Source: a virus (taxonomy: Duplodnaviria; Caudoviricetes). From it: a stretch of 31,131 nt of DNA. Within the stretch, counting starts at the first letter, position 1; each line of letters begins with the position of its first letter. The notes beneath the pieces were generated by a model that saw nothing but the letters and a program-made list of their open reading frames with translations, ran no database searches and was not told the DNA's origin. The position numbers and the translations under genes were made by a program. Location: positions 1-31,131 of the IMG/VR virus record IMGVR_UViG_3300020045_001881. The stretch is one strand, 5' to 3'. Positions 13,882 through 24,302 of the stretch are shown in pieces.

Positions 13882-16824
13882 TCAATAGCCTTTCAAAACA
13901 AGATCGACGCGGGCGCCTGGCCAGCCGTCGTGGGAGACGTTAAAGGGGTAGAGCACGGGAGCGAGGGGGTCGGTCTTGTCAATTTCGACCGTCTCCACGC
14001 CGCTGGTGTTTGTGATCAGCGTGACCTGGATGTTTTCGATTGAGGCGAAGGCCTTGGTGTAGGGGATGACGGTGCCGGTGGCGCCCAAAAGTAGGTTGCT
14101 GATGTTCTCAACAATGTCGGGCGCGTCAACAGTTAGCGCCATGGTGTTGATGCGGCCCTGTGTGGTGCCGGCTGCAATTTGCACGCGCAGTTGGTAGGTG
14201 GCGTTTGTCATTTCAAGCTGGGCGGGAAACGCCGTCCACGGGCTGCCTGTGCCGTAGAAGCTCTCGGAATCGTCGCCGTAGAAGCTGTCAGTGTCGGCAC
14301 CATAGAAACTGTCTGCGCCGACGATGCGGTATTCGACTTGCAAGTCGGCGCCAGCGGTGTCCATGGCCAGCGTTCCGAAGCTGCCGGCCAGTGCGGCGCT
14401 GATGGTGAATTCATCGGTGACGTAGGTCATGGCGGTGTAGTTGCCGCCACCAGCGGAGCCGGCCAGGAGGTTGCCGCCGCTCAGTGTGCAGCCGGTGAGC
14501 GTGCCGGGGTAGCTAAGTGCATCAAAGTCTATGGTTTCAACCACGTTGGCAACGTCTGCGTCGCCGAGGTCGGTGGCGATCACGGCGGCATTGGTTGATT
14601 CATTGCCGGTGGTGTCAACCGCTTTGACCAGGATGGTGACTTGACCGCTTGGGCGCGTGACCATGAGGTAGGGCGACTCGGTAATCACTCCCTCGTGCAT
14701 GGGCGTTGCCGTGGACCAGGTGTAATTTGTGCCGTACTGGAAGCGGATCAAATAGCCCCACAGATCAACGTCGGACACGGCGCTCCAACTCAACGCATCG
14801 CCGTTGATGGTCAGGTTGGCAACATCGCTGGGTGGCTCTGTTTTGCCGATGACTTGGTGCTGTACTTGCGTGCCCCAATCACTCACTGCCACACTGGTGC
14901 GGGTGCGGGCCTGGACGATGTAGTAGGCGCCATCGAGCACGTCGGAGGTGATGACTTGCGTCTCATTGCCGCTCACTGTCAGCACGGTCCAGGCGCCGGT
15001 GCTGTCGCTGGCGCGGAAGCGCACGTCGATGTGACCGTTTTGGATGACGGCTTGGTCGGCCACCTGCGTCCAGCTCACACGCATTCGGCTGGTGACGGTG
15101 CCGTCGTTTTGCAGTAGTAGCTCTGACGTGCCGCTGCTGATGGTGAGTGTGCCAACGCCAACAATGTCCCACGGCGCTGGCAAATTTGTATTGGCGGCAA
15201 AGCCCTGGGGCAGAAAGTCGGCGTCCATCTGGGTGATGGCGGCGGCGGTCTCTTTGAGGGTGAGTTGGAGCGAGGCGTCGCTGGTCCAGGTGCGGCTCAG
15301 GACCATAAAGGTCTTGTTGGTCCAGCCGTAGCGGGCCAGGGTCAGATCCACCGTGTCGAACAACTCGATGTAGTAGGCCGACAGCTTGAATGGCAGATCA
15401 ACCACGAGCGGGTCGCGCGCGTCACGCATCATGACGCCGGCAACGTGCAGGGCCTGGGGGGCGTAGCCGATGGCTGGCATGGTGACTTCTTGCACCAGCT
15501 CGACACCATCGCGCGCGAGCAGGGCCGAGCCGACGAGGGGCTTGAGGTCCACCTGTTTGTAGTCTTGCGCGTGGTCCCAAATTTTGGCTTTGACGGTGTT
15601 GAATTTTTGCGCGCGTTCTTTGTGGACGCTGATGCTGATGGGCTTTTGCGTCTCGCTCGCGCCGTTGCGCTGGATGACGGCGAGGTCTGCGTCTGTGAGT
15701 GACTTGACGCTGGCGGTGTAGGTGCCGGCCTTGAGGTGCAGCTCGCCACCGGAAAACGCCCAACTGCCGCCCATGGCCTGCGCGAGGTCGTCAAACACCG
15801 AGGCGGGCGCGGCGCCGAATGGCACGGCCAGGCTGGCGCGGTAGAGTGCGCAGGCGTCTTGGGCGACGCCATCGACGGTGTAGACGGTGCTGGTGTCGCA
15901 GGCGTTAGCGGCGGTGATGAAGCGGGCGTCTTCCGCGCTGCTGACGGTGGCCTTGCCGAACTTGGCGTGCTGGTAGACGTGGCGCAGCATCAGCGCGGGG
16001 TTTTCGCTCCAGACCGTGGTGGCGGTGCGCGGGTCGTAGAGCTTGGCGCCACGGATAACGGCGGTGACGTTGGGCACGCCGTTCGGAAAGGCGGTCTCGT
16101 TGTAGCTCAACCGAACGACAAGGTAGGCAATGCCGTCAACGACGTTGGCCGATGTCCAGTCTGACGGGAATGCGGCGGTGAGCAGAGGGGATGCGCCCTG
16201 CCCTGCTTGGCCGAGGTGCGAGGTGATCTGGACGTAGCTCTCGGTGGCGGTGTACTGAAATACTTTGTAGCCGGTGGGGGTCGGATCGCTGTCGCCGCCG
16301 GTACGGTATTCGGTGACGATGCTTGATTCAATGGTGCCTTCGGGATAGTCGTCAGGGAAGACGCTGGTGTCAATGATGCGGTCGGTACTGGTGACGCTGC
16401 GGGCATATGGATGGTCGGCGCTAGCCGTAACCCAGCCGTCAACATCGGTGCTGACTGCAACATCGTTAAGATAGATCGTCTGAACCGCGTCAATTTCGTG
16501 GCCAGCCAATGCGATTGCGAGGTAGAGCTCTTGTTGGTCGCGGCCAGTGCTCGCTTTGTAAAACACGGCGCCGCCCTTGCGCACGCGGCCCATGACCAAC
16601 TCGCGCGGTGCGACGGTGCTGCTGACGTTAACCATGCGGTCAACTTGCGCTGCGTTGTAGGCATCGCGGGCGGCGGCGCGGGCCTGGCGTGACTTCATGG
16701 CGCTGTAAGCCATGCCGCCGACGAGCAGGACCGCCGAGGCGATTTCTGTGGCGTACATGATGAGCGCAGCGCTGCCAATCTCAGCACCAATGGCGGACAC
16801 CACCCAGACAACTGCGGCCGGCAT
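13882..16824 (-). CDS. Tail tip/central fibre protein (lambda J-like)
   Basis: 980 aa; PRELVMGRVRKGG, GAKLYDPRT...WSENPA, FN3-like C-terminal domains. Confidence 0.85.
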   Translation of the reverse strand: MPAAVVWVVSAIGAEIGSAALIMYATEIASAVLLVGGMAYSAMKSRQARAAARDAYNAAQVDRMVNVSSTVAPRELVMGRVRKGGAVFYKASTGRDQQELYLAIALAGHEIDAVQTIYLNDVAVSTDVDGWVTASADHPYARSVTSTDRIIDTSVFPDDYPEGTIESSIVTEYRTGGDSDPTPTGYKVFQYTATESYVQITSHLGQAGQGASPLLTAAFPSDWTSANVVDGIAYLVVRLSYNETAFPNGVPNVTAVIRGAKLYDPRTATTVWSENPALMLRHVYQHAKFGKATVSSAEDARFITAANACDTSTVYTVDGVAQDACALYRASLAVPFGAAPASVFDDLAQAMGGSWAFSGGELHLKAGTYTASVKSLTDADLAVIQRNGASETQKPISISVHKERAQKFNTVKAKIWDHAQDYKQVDLKPLVGSALLARDGVELVQEVTMPAIGYAPQALHVAGVMMRDARDPLVVDLPFKLSAYYIELFDTVDLTLARYGWTNKTFMVLSRTWTSDASLQLTLKETAAAITQMDADFLPQGFAANTNLPAPWDIVGVGTLTISSGTSELLLQNDGTVTSRMRVSWTQVADQAVIQNGHIDVRFRASDSTGAWTVLTVSGNETQVITSDVLDGAYYIVQARTRTSVAVSDWGTQVQHQVIGKTEPPSDVANLTINGDALSWSAVSDVDLWGYLIRFQYGTNYTWSTATPMHEGVITESPYLMVTRPSGQVTILVKAVDTTGNESTNAAVIATDLGDADVANVVETIDFDALSYPGTLTGCTLSGGNLLAGSAGGGNYTAMTYVTDEFTISAALAGSFGTLAMDTAGADLQVEYRIVGADSFYGADTDSFYGDDSESFYGTGSPWTAFPAQLEMTNATYQLRVQIAAGTTQGRINTMALTVDAPDIVENISNLLLGATGTVIPYTKAFASIENIQVTLITNTSGVETVEIDKTDPLAPVLYPFNVSHDGWPGARVDLVLKGY

Positions 16825-17228
16825 CAGTCAACCCTCCAACACCAATCGCCCAGCGGGACCGTGACCAGGCCGTCGGCGGATGGGGCCAATGCCGCGCGGC
16901 CGTTGCAGACGGCCAGCATGTCACGCCGCCCAGCTTTGGTGAGCACGATGTCGCCCGTCTGCGCAAAGACGGCCGGGCGCGGCTCGCCCAGGGCGGCGGT
17001 GGCGATGGCGCGCAGGTCGCCGTGACGCGCGATGGCGCGGTAGGCTTGCTTGGCGGTGCTGTGCGCGCGCAGGCCGGACGGGGCCGGGTCAATGCCGGTG
17101 ATGGCTTGCACGCAGTCGGCGGCAAAGGTGGCGCAATCATTGGAGCCCCACGCGAATGGCGCATGGCGGCGCGCGGCGATGAAGGCTTCTAGCCTGAGTT
17201 GCCAGTCTTGGTGACGATTCATGGTCAT
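16824..17228 (-). CDS. Tail tip NlpC/P60-like protein (lambda K-like)
   Basis: FAWGSNDCATFAADCV and GDIV motifs; position between L-like and J-like genes. Confidence 0.75.
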   Translation of the reverse strand: MTMNRHQDWQLRLEAFIAARRHAPFAWGSNDCATFAADCVQAITGIDPAPSGLRAHSTAKQAYRAIARHGDLRAIATAALGEPRPAVFAQTGDIVLTKAGRRDMLAVCNGRAALAPSADGLVTVPLGDWCWRVD

Positions 17229-17839
17229 CTGTAGAAGTAGGTACGGGCAGGCCAGACGACGGGCTTGTCTATCTGGTCCACGACGTACATAAATGAGCCG
17301 TCATTGGCGTTGACCGTGCGCTGGTCGGCGTCGCTGTAAAACATGGGCGTGCCGCGCAGCAGATCGATAGCCTTGCTTTCGGCCGAGACGTGGATGGTGG
17401 CGCGCTCGCCGTCTTCTGATGTGCCCATGGTGTCGAGCTTGCCAACCCACTCGATGGGCGCATCAATAATCTGGTAAGTGGTGGCGCTCAGAATCGCGGT
17501 GCGAATGGTGACGACCGTTTCCTGCACAACGTCGGCGTCATCAAGCGCGGCGGTAATCATGGCGGTGTCACCGAAAAGCTCAAATGTCAGGCCCTGCAAT
17601 TCGCCGGGTTTATCGGTGATGGCGCTGACGCTGCCAAGGCCATGGGCGCCGAGGTAGTCCACGCCGTCCCAGGTGAGGTTCCAGGTGCTGGTGTTGAGGG
17701 CGATGGGGGTGGCAAAAGCCATGTGGATCAGCTGGACGATGACGACGGAGTTGGACGCCATGGCTTCTGCTGCCGATTCCGCGCCAGCGCGCGCGCCGCT
17801 GTATGGCTTGCTGCCAAAGGGGTTGCCGCCAAAGATCAT
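17225..17839 (-). CDS. Tail tip/hub protein (lambda L-like position)
   Basis: LTWDGVDYLGAHGLGSVS...YSDADQ...D..F.Y; ATGA overlap at 17836-17839. Confidence 0.7.
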   Translation of the reverse strand: MIFGGNPFGSKPYSGARAGAESAAEAMASNSVVIVQLIHMAFATPIALNTSTWNLTWDGVDYLGAHGLGSVSAITDKPGELQGLTFELFGDTAMITAALDDADVVQETVVTIRTAILSATTYQIIDAPIEWVGKLDTMGTSEDGERATIHVSAESKAIDLLRGTPMFYSDADQRTVNANDGSFMYVVDQIDKPVVWPARTYFYR

Positions 17840-19668
17840 GACAGAAGACTCCGAACATAGATGCACGTCCGGGCATTTGTGCCATCCAACATGTCATGCC
17901 ATGCGATTAACATGTTTCCGCCGCCTGATAGTTGCAGCAAATTCGGGTAGCCGTATTCCGCGTCGGTGCCAGTGCTTACAGACCCATAATTTATGTACAA
18001 AGGATCAATAGACACGGGGCTTGCTCGCCCCGTCGTCGGGTCTGCAAAATAGCTTGATGACGGCTCCGTACTGATCCAAAATGTTCTACCTGGCGGGTCC
18101 ACGCTGCCATCGCGGGCGATCCACGCCACAAGAACATCGCCATTGGCTTTAACTTCGTGCCACGCCGGAGCGGCTTGAGTCCACGTTGCGCTCGTGTAGT
18201 CATACACGCCAAGACTCGACCAGGTGGAGCCGCCATCGGTTGATTTGTAGTACCCGTATTGATCTTTGTTTCCACTGTCCAAGCGGGATACCGTAAGGAG
18301 GTTGCTCGCTGACAGTGCAAGGACGACGGGCTCGTTATATGCTGCCCCGTCGCCCCGGTTGTAGACCGTCACGGCGCCGCCCCAATTCTGCCCGCCATCC
18401 GTACTAAACAGGGCAACACATTTATCCGCTGTGTAAAACAGCTGCATCAGTCCGTTTGTAGTGCTTACCGTTCGGCCATATGCGGCCACACAGCCGCTTA
18501 GCGAAGAAGTTATATCGGTAGCCGCCGACCAGGTTGCGCCGTTGTCAGTGCTGGTTTGAAAAAATACCGCCAAATGCGTTAACGTTGGAGCGTCATAGGT
18601 TGAACTAAAGGCGATGAGGCGGCCGCTAGACGGATCAACACCAATCGCCGGGTTTCTTGTGTCCTTGCCACTGCTGTGGTCGTGAACCGTGATTTCAGTG
18701 CCCCACGTCCTTCCCAGTGTGGCGCTGCGCCTGCAAAACACAATTCCGTCATTGCTGACGTGGGCGCTACCGCGCCGGTAGATCATGACCACCGTTCCGT
18801 CATTGCACTGAACCATCTGCGGTTCGCTCGCGTATTGCTGAGCCCCGGACCCTGGCGCCATAGCATAGCGCCGCTGAATGGGTGTCGACGGGTAAGATGA
18901 GCTAACAATCTTTGGCGCCGGCTGAGTGATCGGTGTGTAGTTTGCCGCGCTGTGTCGCACTTGCTGCGTCAAGCGCAGAAAGCTGATATTACCGAGCATG
19001 TCGAGCGTTGTTACCCCGTTGACGCGACCGATTAGCAACGGACGCGTCTGAGCGACGGTGGATCGCACGGCGGAGGCACGACTGGCCTGCTCCTGCAACG
19101 CCCCGTCGAGCCACCAGCGCACATTGTTTGACGCGGTTATTGGGTCATAGACAAACGCGATGGAAAAATCGTGGTAATTACTGTCATTTGGCCACGCGGC
19201 AGTGCTGGTGAAGTCAATCAATGGCGCGCCAGATGCGTTGCGCCCGATCAACAGACGAATCTTGCGCGATGTGTCAATGGCAACCCACACCCCAACATTT
19301 GCGCTTGTTGCCCCTGCATTGTCTATGAGGGTGACAGTCTGAGATGTTGATGTAGGTCGACGCAGCCTGACCTCCAGCTCCCACTGTGATCCATCATGCA
19401 AGAACCGAAAGTCATCAGCCGCGCCGCCGACTGTCCAGTAGTCGCCCGTACCATCAAACGCCGCCGCGCAGGACGCCCAATCGGTATTTGTGGCTGATAG
19501 TGCAGCGTTGCCGCTGGCCGTGAGCGTGCGCGAGCGCGTGCCTTGGTCGGTCAGTGCACTTCCCGCGCCCTCATTAGCCAACAGCAATAATTCCGTGTCG
19601 TGCCACATGGCATCACCGGATGCATCAAGCAAAGCAAGCCACGGCACAACACGCCCAATCAAGCTCAT
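17836..19668 (-). CDS. LamG-like plus BNR/Asp-box sialidase-like protein, putative receptor-binding protein/depolymerase
   Basis: FDGTGDY LamG-like start; Asp-boxes SATLGRTW, STDNGATW, STDGGQNW, STDGGSTW; RNP and YGYP motifs. Confidence 0.75.
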   Translation of the reverse strand: MSLIGRVVPWLALLDASGDAMWHDTELLLLANEGAGSALTDQGTRSRTLTASGNAALSATNTDWASCAAAFDGTGDYWTVGGAADDFRFLHDGSQWELEVRLRRPTSTSQTVTLIDNAGATSANVGVWVAIDTSRKIRLLIGRNASGAPLIDFTSTAAWPNDSNYHDFSIAFVYDPITASNNVRWWLDGALQEQASRASAVRSTVAQTRPLLIGRVNGVTTLDMLGNISFLRLTQQVRHSAANYTPITQPAPKIVSSSYPSTPIQRRYAMAPGSGAQQYASEPQMVQCNDGTVVMIYRRGSAHVSNDGIVFCRRSATLGRTWGTEITVHDHSSGKDTRNPAIGVDPSSGRLIAFSSTYDAPTLTHLAVFFQTSTDNGATWSAATDITSSLSGCVAAYGRTVSTTNGLMQLFYTADKCVALFSTDGGQNWGGAVTVYNRGDGAAYNEPVVLALSASNLLTVSRLDSGNKDQYGYYKSTDGGSTWSSLGVYDYTSATWTQAAPAWHEVKANGDVLVAWIARDGSVDPPGRTFWISTEPSSSYFADPTTGRASPVSIDPLYINYGSVSTGTDAEYGYPNLLQLSGGGNMLIAWHDMLDGTNARTCIYVRSLLS

Positions 19669-20597
19669 GGCGTGGCCTTTGAAATGGCCAGCGTGACAGC
19701 GCCGCTGGTGATGGTGTGCGTGCCGCTTTGCGAGCCGCTAGTGGCGATGTAGGTGCCCGCCGCCACGTTGGCCAATGAGGTGCAAAGGTGGAAGGTGTCG
19801 GCGTTGATCTTGTGGATGTAGTAGGTGGTTGCCGCTGACAGTCCGGTGGGCAGCGCGCCCGTGGTGGAGAGCTGGCATTTTTGCCCGCTGATGAAGCCAT
19901 GCGCCGTTTTGGTCATGACGCCAGGGGTGGCGATGGTGGTGGTGAATGTGCCCGTGCTGTAGTAGTCCACGGAGTAGGCGAGCATGTCTTTGGTGCAACC
20001 TGCGGTGGAGAGCACGCCTGCCGTGCCGCCAGCCCATCCGTACATCCATGCATAGGCCAGGGTGCGAGAGCCGGTGGTGTCCTGGTACACATTGATCAGG
20101 CCCTGCTGGCCGGCCACGACATTGGTGGGCGCGCCAAGGGTGCGATTGCCGCCGAGGACCAAATTGAATTGGTTGGACAGAGAAAGGTCCACCGCAACCG
20201 TTGCGCCATCCGTGAGATCAACAAAGGTGCCACGCTGCGCGCCGACAAAGGTGTTGGCAAGCAAGGTGGCCATGGATCCGAAGGCGGTGGCGGTGATGCC
20301 AAGTCCGACGCGCTTGGTGCCTGCTGCCCAGCTGATCTTGCTGCCGGTGCTGCTGGCGGCGGGCGAGCCGACGATGGTGAGGGTGTTGCCGGTGCCCCAG
20401 GTGTACAAACCCGTCTCCCAGTCGCCGGTAGGCAGGCCGTCGCCGTCCACGGCCTCGATGTAGCCATAGAGGGTGTCGCCATTGGCGGCGACGCTGCTGG
20501 CGGCCACGTAGCCGACAACGGCGCCGGCCAGGGTGAGTGCGCCGGTGCCGGTGGTGGTGCTGGTCTCTAAAATGCGATCCGCGACGATGAGCGTCAT
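19665..20597 (-). CDS. Tail-associated fibre/adaptor protein
   Basis: ADRILETSTTTGTG N-terminus; LTDGATVAVD...LGGNRTLGAPTN domain; C-terminal HG..G..GALPTGL..TYY beta domain. Confidence 0.65.
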   Translation of the reverse strand: MTLIVADRILETSTTTGTGALTLAGAVVGYVAASSVAANGDTLYGYIEAVDGDGLPTGDWETGLYTWGTGNTLTIVGSPAASSTGSKISWAAGTKRVGLGITATAFGSMATLLANTFVGAQRGTFVDLTDGATVAVDLSLSNQFNLVLGGNRTLGAPTNVVAGQQGLINVYQDTTGSRTLAYAWMYGWAGGTAGVLSTAGCTKDMLAYSVDYYSTGTFTTTIATPGVMTKTAHGFISGQKCQLSTTGALPTGLSAATTYYIHKINADTFHLCTSLANVAAGTYIATSGSQSGTHTITSGAVTLAISKATP

Positions 20598-21187
20598 ATG
20601 GCTTCTCCGAATTCAAAAGTAACTGCGTCCGTGATGACGGGGACGTGATGCACGCCGCTGGTGGCAAGCAATCGGAAAAGCGCTGTCGGCTTGTTCCAAG
20701 TGACGGCGGCGCCGCTGTTTTGCGCCACGCGCAGGCGGTTTGTGATGGGCGCGGTGATCACGCCGGCAACTGCTGTACAGTCTTCGCGCACCATGAGCAG
20801 CAGGCCGCCGACGCCAAGCATGTCGCCTGCAAGCAGGGTGCCGGTCGATGGCGAGCATCCCGTGATTTCGATTGAGCTGGCGCCTTGCGATGCGGATGCG
20901 TTGAGGGCCAAGGTGCCGCGCACGGTGCCGCGCGGAACGGGGCGGACAAAGTGATAAAGCGCCACGTTATTCACCTGGCCGCGCATGGCGCCGATGAAGG
21001 CCTCTATCCATGCGGCGTCGGCGTGCAACTTTTCCGGCAGGCTGCAACTCATCATCCATCTGTCGTTCAGCAAATCAATGGCCTGCTCAGACCCGCCAAA
21101 TGGTGATGCCGACACGCGCTGACTTGCGTATGGCGTGAGTTGGCAGACGTTTGGCTCGAACAGCGTTGGGCGTGTAATTGTGCTCAT
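20594..21187 (-). CDS. Distal tail protein (Dit-like)
   Basis: Follows the tape measure gene; SPFGGSEQ...RW and LLAGDML motifs. Confidence 0.7.
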   Translation of the reverse strand: MSTITRPTLFEPNVCQLTPYASQRVSASPFGGSEQAIDLLNDRWMMSCSLPEKLHADAAWIEAFIGAMRGQVNNVALYHFVRPVPRGTVRGTLALNASASQGASSIEITGCSPSTGTLLAGDMLGVGGLLLMVREDCTAVAGVITAPITNRLRVAQNSGAAVTWNKPTALFRLLATSGVHHVPVITDAVTFEFGEAI

Positions 21188-23970
21188 GCCAATGCGCCCC
21201 CACGGGTCTTGCTGCGAACGATGGTTGATTGAATTTGCGCGGCCACGGTGCGCATGCCGGTCACAACGTCAGTTTTGCTGGCGATGTCGCCGACTGTGGC
21301 GTTGATGTTGATGACAAAGGTGTCGCCCTGTTTTGCTTCGCGGCCAGGGCCGTCCTTGGCGAGATTGCGCACGCCCAATTTGCCATCTGCACCACGGGCC
21401 AGCGGCATGACGGCCTCGGGGCCGGCTTCTCCGGCAACCGCCTGTTTGAACGATCCGCCAGAGGCAAACTTGAACGGCGTCGATTGTGTGATGACGGAGT
21501 TGTGAAACGCGCCGCCTCTGGCAAACGGCGTTACGCCAGTGCCGAATGTGCCGCCTTTGGCAAAGCCGAACATAGAGAAGAGGGTGGTGAGTAGGCCGGA
21601 GCTTCCAGCCGATCCATTGCCAACCAACTGGGTTGCAAGAGCGTCGGCCATGCTGTTGGAAACACGGGTGAAGATAATGTTTCCGAGCGCATCGCCAAAC
21701 GCCTGCATGGGGTCTTTGCTATCACGGAAGGCAGACGATAAGGCGTTTTTAACGTCGTTGTGCAGGGATTCTGCGGACTTTTGGAATTCTTCTTTTAATT
21801 TGTCACTTGCTTTTTCGCCTGCTTTTTTGTTGTCCAGCGCGGTTCCAGCAATCGCCAGCCGTCGGCGCGCATCAATCAATTCCTCGATTCTTTTGATTTC
21901 ATCGGCGGAACCTTCAAAGCCTCTCAGCACTTCAATGCGGTCCAGCATGCGCGCGACTGTCAACTCTTCAATCGCAGCTTTTGACATGCCATACATGGCC
22001 ACTTCATCTTCGAGCCTTTGCGCCTTGTCTCTGAGTGATTCGATCTCTTTGCCGTGCGATTGGATGGCATCCGTGCGGGCTTTGGCGATGGCTTTTTGGG
22101 CTTCTTCCATCGCCTTGGCTGCGACGGATTCTTTTTCGGCCGCAATAGCCGACCGGAATCTGGCCGCGACAAGTTCGTTGGTGCCTGGAATCAGCTTTTC
22201 TGAAATGGCCGCCGCGCTGGATGCCAGGTAGTCACGCAGCTTTCGCTCTGATTCACTCAGGCCGTCTGCTTTTGCCGTGGCTTTTGAATAGGCCGCATCC
22301 GCCTGTTCCATGGCTTGCGCCCACTCCTTCATGGCGGCGCGCTCGGACGCGAATGGGTCGCCTTGTTTGCCACTGCTTTTGGCTGACTCGGTAAACTGCT
22401 TGCGAATTCCAGCCTCGGCCTTGGCGATCTGCTTGGGATCGAGTAGCGGGCTGGATGGATTTGCCGCGCGCACCCTGTCAATCTCAAGGCGGTACTCTCG
22501 CAAAGCCTTGTTCATCTGCTCTTGCTTGGTGAACGCGCGCTCATTCGCCTTGGTGACGGCATCGGTAGCGGAAATACCTAGCGCTTGAATGCGGGCGCGT
22601 TCACCAGCGGCTTCTGAGCCGCGTTTTTCTAGGCGGGCCATTTCCTGAAGGCTGGCTTGAAGCTCAAGGTTTGATTTAAGTTTCGCCCTTGCCTCTGCGT
22701 TTCCGGCGCCGAATCCAGAAAGGTCTAGCGGCGCCCTTCCTTTTTCAATTTCCTTGGCGACTGCGGCAAGTTTGTCGGCTATGGTGTCTTGCCTGCCAAT
22801 GCTGGCCACCGCACTGCCCGCACCATTAATCGCGCCCATGACTTTTTTCCATGCGCGCTCAACATAACCAAGGTTCTCGACCAGCGCCGGGATTCTCTCC
22901 TTTGATACGTTGTAGAAAGCGTTTTGCGCAACCACGCCGGCCTCAAGCGTCTTGCCCTGATCCATTAACGCCTTGATTTGCTCGTAAACAGACTGCGTGA
23001 GGAAGTTTGTCGATTCATTCAGCCGCCTAGACGCCTGCAACGGGTCTTTGCCAAGTTCGGCAAACTGCTTGACCGTTTCGGCCACGGCAACGCCAGTGGT
23101 CTTTTCCATGCCCACGGCGACGGCGGCGATTTTCTCGAACTGCGCCGAGGCGATGCCGCTGCTGCCTGCCAGCGCCGCCAATGCGCCAGCGGCTGCGCTG
23201 ACGGTGCCGCCCGTGGTCTTGGCGACGTTTTGCGCCATGGTGGCGAGATGGCCCGCCGTGGTGCCGGCGATGTTGCCAGTCAGGATCAGCGCCTTGTTGT
23301 AGGCCTCACCCTCTGCCGCGCCCTTGAGATAGGCGGTGGACAGCAGGGCGACGGCGCCAGCGGCCAGCGTGAACGGGTTGATCAGGCTCAGGACGTAGCC
23401 GCCCAGGGCGCGGGTTGCGCCCCCGATGCTGCCAAACATGTCCTTGAGCTGGCCGCCTTGTTGCAGCAGTACGGTCAATGGCGCTTGACCACCTTGCAAT
23501 GAAATGATGATGTCGGTGAACTGCGCTGGCACGTTGCGCATGGATGCGCTCAAGCCTTTGACGGAGGTGCCAGCGGCTTCGGCGCGCTTGGCAAGTTCGG
23601 TCAAGCCTGGATTTGCAGCTCTTTGCGCGGCTTCAAATTGTTTGATGGCTTCGAGTTGCGGCCTAATGGCGTCCAACGGAACGCCGTAGGCATTGGCCTT
23701 GATAACCATCTTCTCGGACAACGATTTGCCCATGGCCTCGGCATCAACCTGCAGCCTGCGAAACTCGTTTGAAATTCTCCTGGCCGCTGCTTCTGTTGCC
23801 TTGGCTGCTTGGTCGCTGCCGCCACCAATTGAGTCTGATGTTTTCTTCCCAAGGTCAGACGCGACTTTCCCAACGTCTTGCAGAGATCGTTTTACCCTCG
23901 TTGTTCCAGCTTCGACGCCATCCGCATCCACTGAAATCTTGATGGTCGTATCAAGGTCTTTTTCTGACAT
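21184..23970 (-). CDS. Tail tape measure protein (lambda family)
   Basis: PAQFTDIIISLQGGQAPLTVLLQQGGQLKDMFG; Ala-rich helical; C-terminal FAKGG and GEAGPEAVMPL. Confidence 0.93.
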   Translation of the reverse strand: MSEKDLDTTIKISVDADGVEAGTTRVKRSLQDVGKVASDLGKKTSDSIGGGSDQAAKATEAAARRISNEFRRLQVDAEAMGKSLSEKMVIKANAYGVPLDAIRPQLEAIKQFEAAQRAANPGLTELAKRAEAAGTSVKGLSASMRNVPAQFTDIIISLQGGQAPLTVLLQQGGQLKDMFGSIGGATRALGGYVLSLINPFTLAAGAVALLSTAYLKGAAEGEAYNKALILTGNIAGTTAGHLATMAQNVAKTTGGTVSAAAGALAALAGSSGIASAQFEKIAAVAVGMEKTTGVAVAETVKQFAELGKDPLQASRRLNESTNFLTQSVYEQIKALMDQGKTLEAGVVAQNAFYNVSKERIPALVENLGYVERAWKKVMGAINGAGSAVASIGRQDTIADKLAAVAKEIEKGRAPLDLSGFGAGNAEARAKLKSNLELQASLQEMARLEKRGSEAAGERARIQALGISATDAVTKANERAFTKQEQMNKALREYRLEIDRVRAANPSSPLLDPKQIAKAEAGIRKQFTESAKSSGKQGDPFASERAAMKEWAQAMEQADAAYSKATAKADGLSESERKLRDYLASSAAAISEKLIPGTNELVAARFRSAIAAEKESVAAKAMEEAQKAIAKARTDAIQSHGKEIESLRDKAQRLEDEVAMYGMSKAAIEELTVARMLDRIEVLRGFEGSADEIKRIEELIDARRRLAIAGTALDNKKAGEKASDKLKEEFQKSAESLHNDVKNALSSAFRDSKDPMQAFGDALGNIIFTRVSNSMADALATQLVGNGSAGSSGLLTTLFSMFGFAKGGTFGTGVTPFARGGAFHNSVITQSTPFKFASGGSFKQAVAGEAGPEAVMPLARGADGKLGVRNLAKDGPGREAKQGDTFVININATVGDIASKTDVVTGMRTVAAQIQSTIVRSKTRGGALA

Positions 23971-23973
23971 GAT

Positions 23974-24240
23974 TTAGTCTTTTTTGTTCAGGATGGTCAT
24001 GGCTTCGGATTCGATGACGCGCATGTCGTCTTCAAGGTTGTCGTACTCGGATTCGCTGAGCTTCATGCGGTCCATCTTTCGGTACATGACGTTGTAGTCA
24101 AGGCCGGTATAGATGCATCCGACTTTTCCGCCTACAGGCATGACGCGCCATTGCGTTGATAGGAACGAAAGTAGGTGGATGGCCGGCATGTTTTCCGGCC
24201 AGACTTCAAAATCATCTGTCTTGAAGTCGCTGGGGCTCAT
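23974..24240 (-). CDS. Tail assembly chaperone T part (DUF1799-like), probably expressed as a G-T fusion
   Basis: VWPEN...TQWR...GLDY; the frame stays open upstream to the slippery site at 24306-24312. Confidence 0.8.
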   Translation of the reverse strand: MSPSDFKTDDFEVWPENMPAIHLLSFLSTQWRVMPVGGKVGCIYTGLDYNVMYRKMDRMKLSESEYDNLEDDMRVIESEAMTILNKKD

Positions 24241-24302
24241 GCCCCATGCCGATAGCTCATCGGCTGCTGGCGCGCCCTCATAGAACGCGGCAACAGCCCA
24301 CC

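Noticed and set aside
12981-20597. Diversity-generating retroelement or invertible fibre system
   Set aside because: No reverse transcriptase, invertase or template/variable repeat pair seen in the window.
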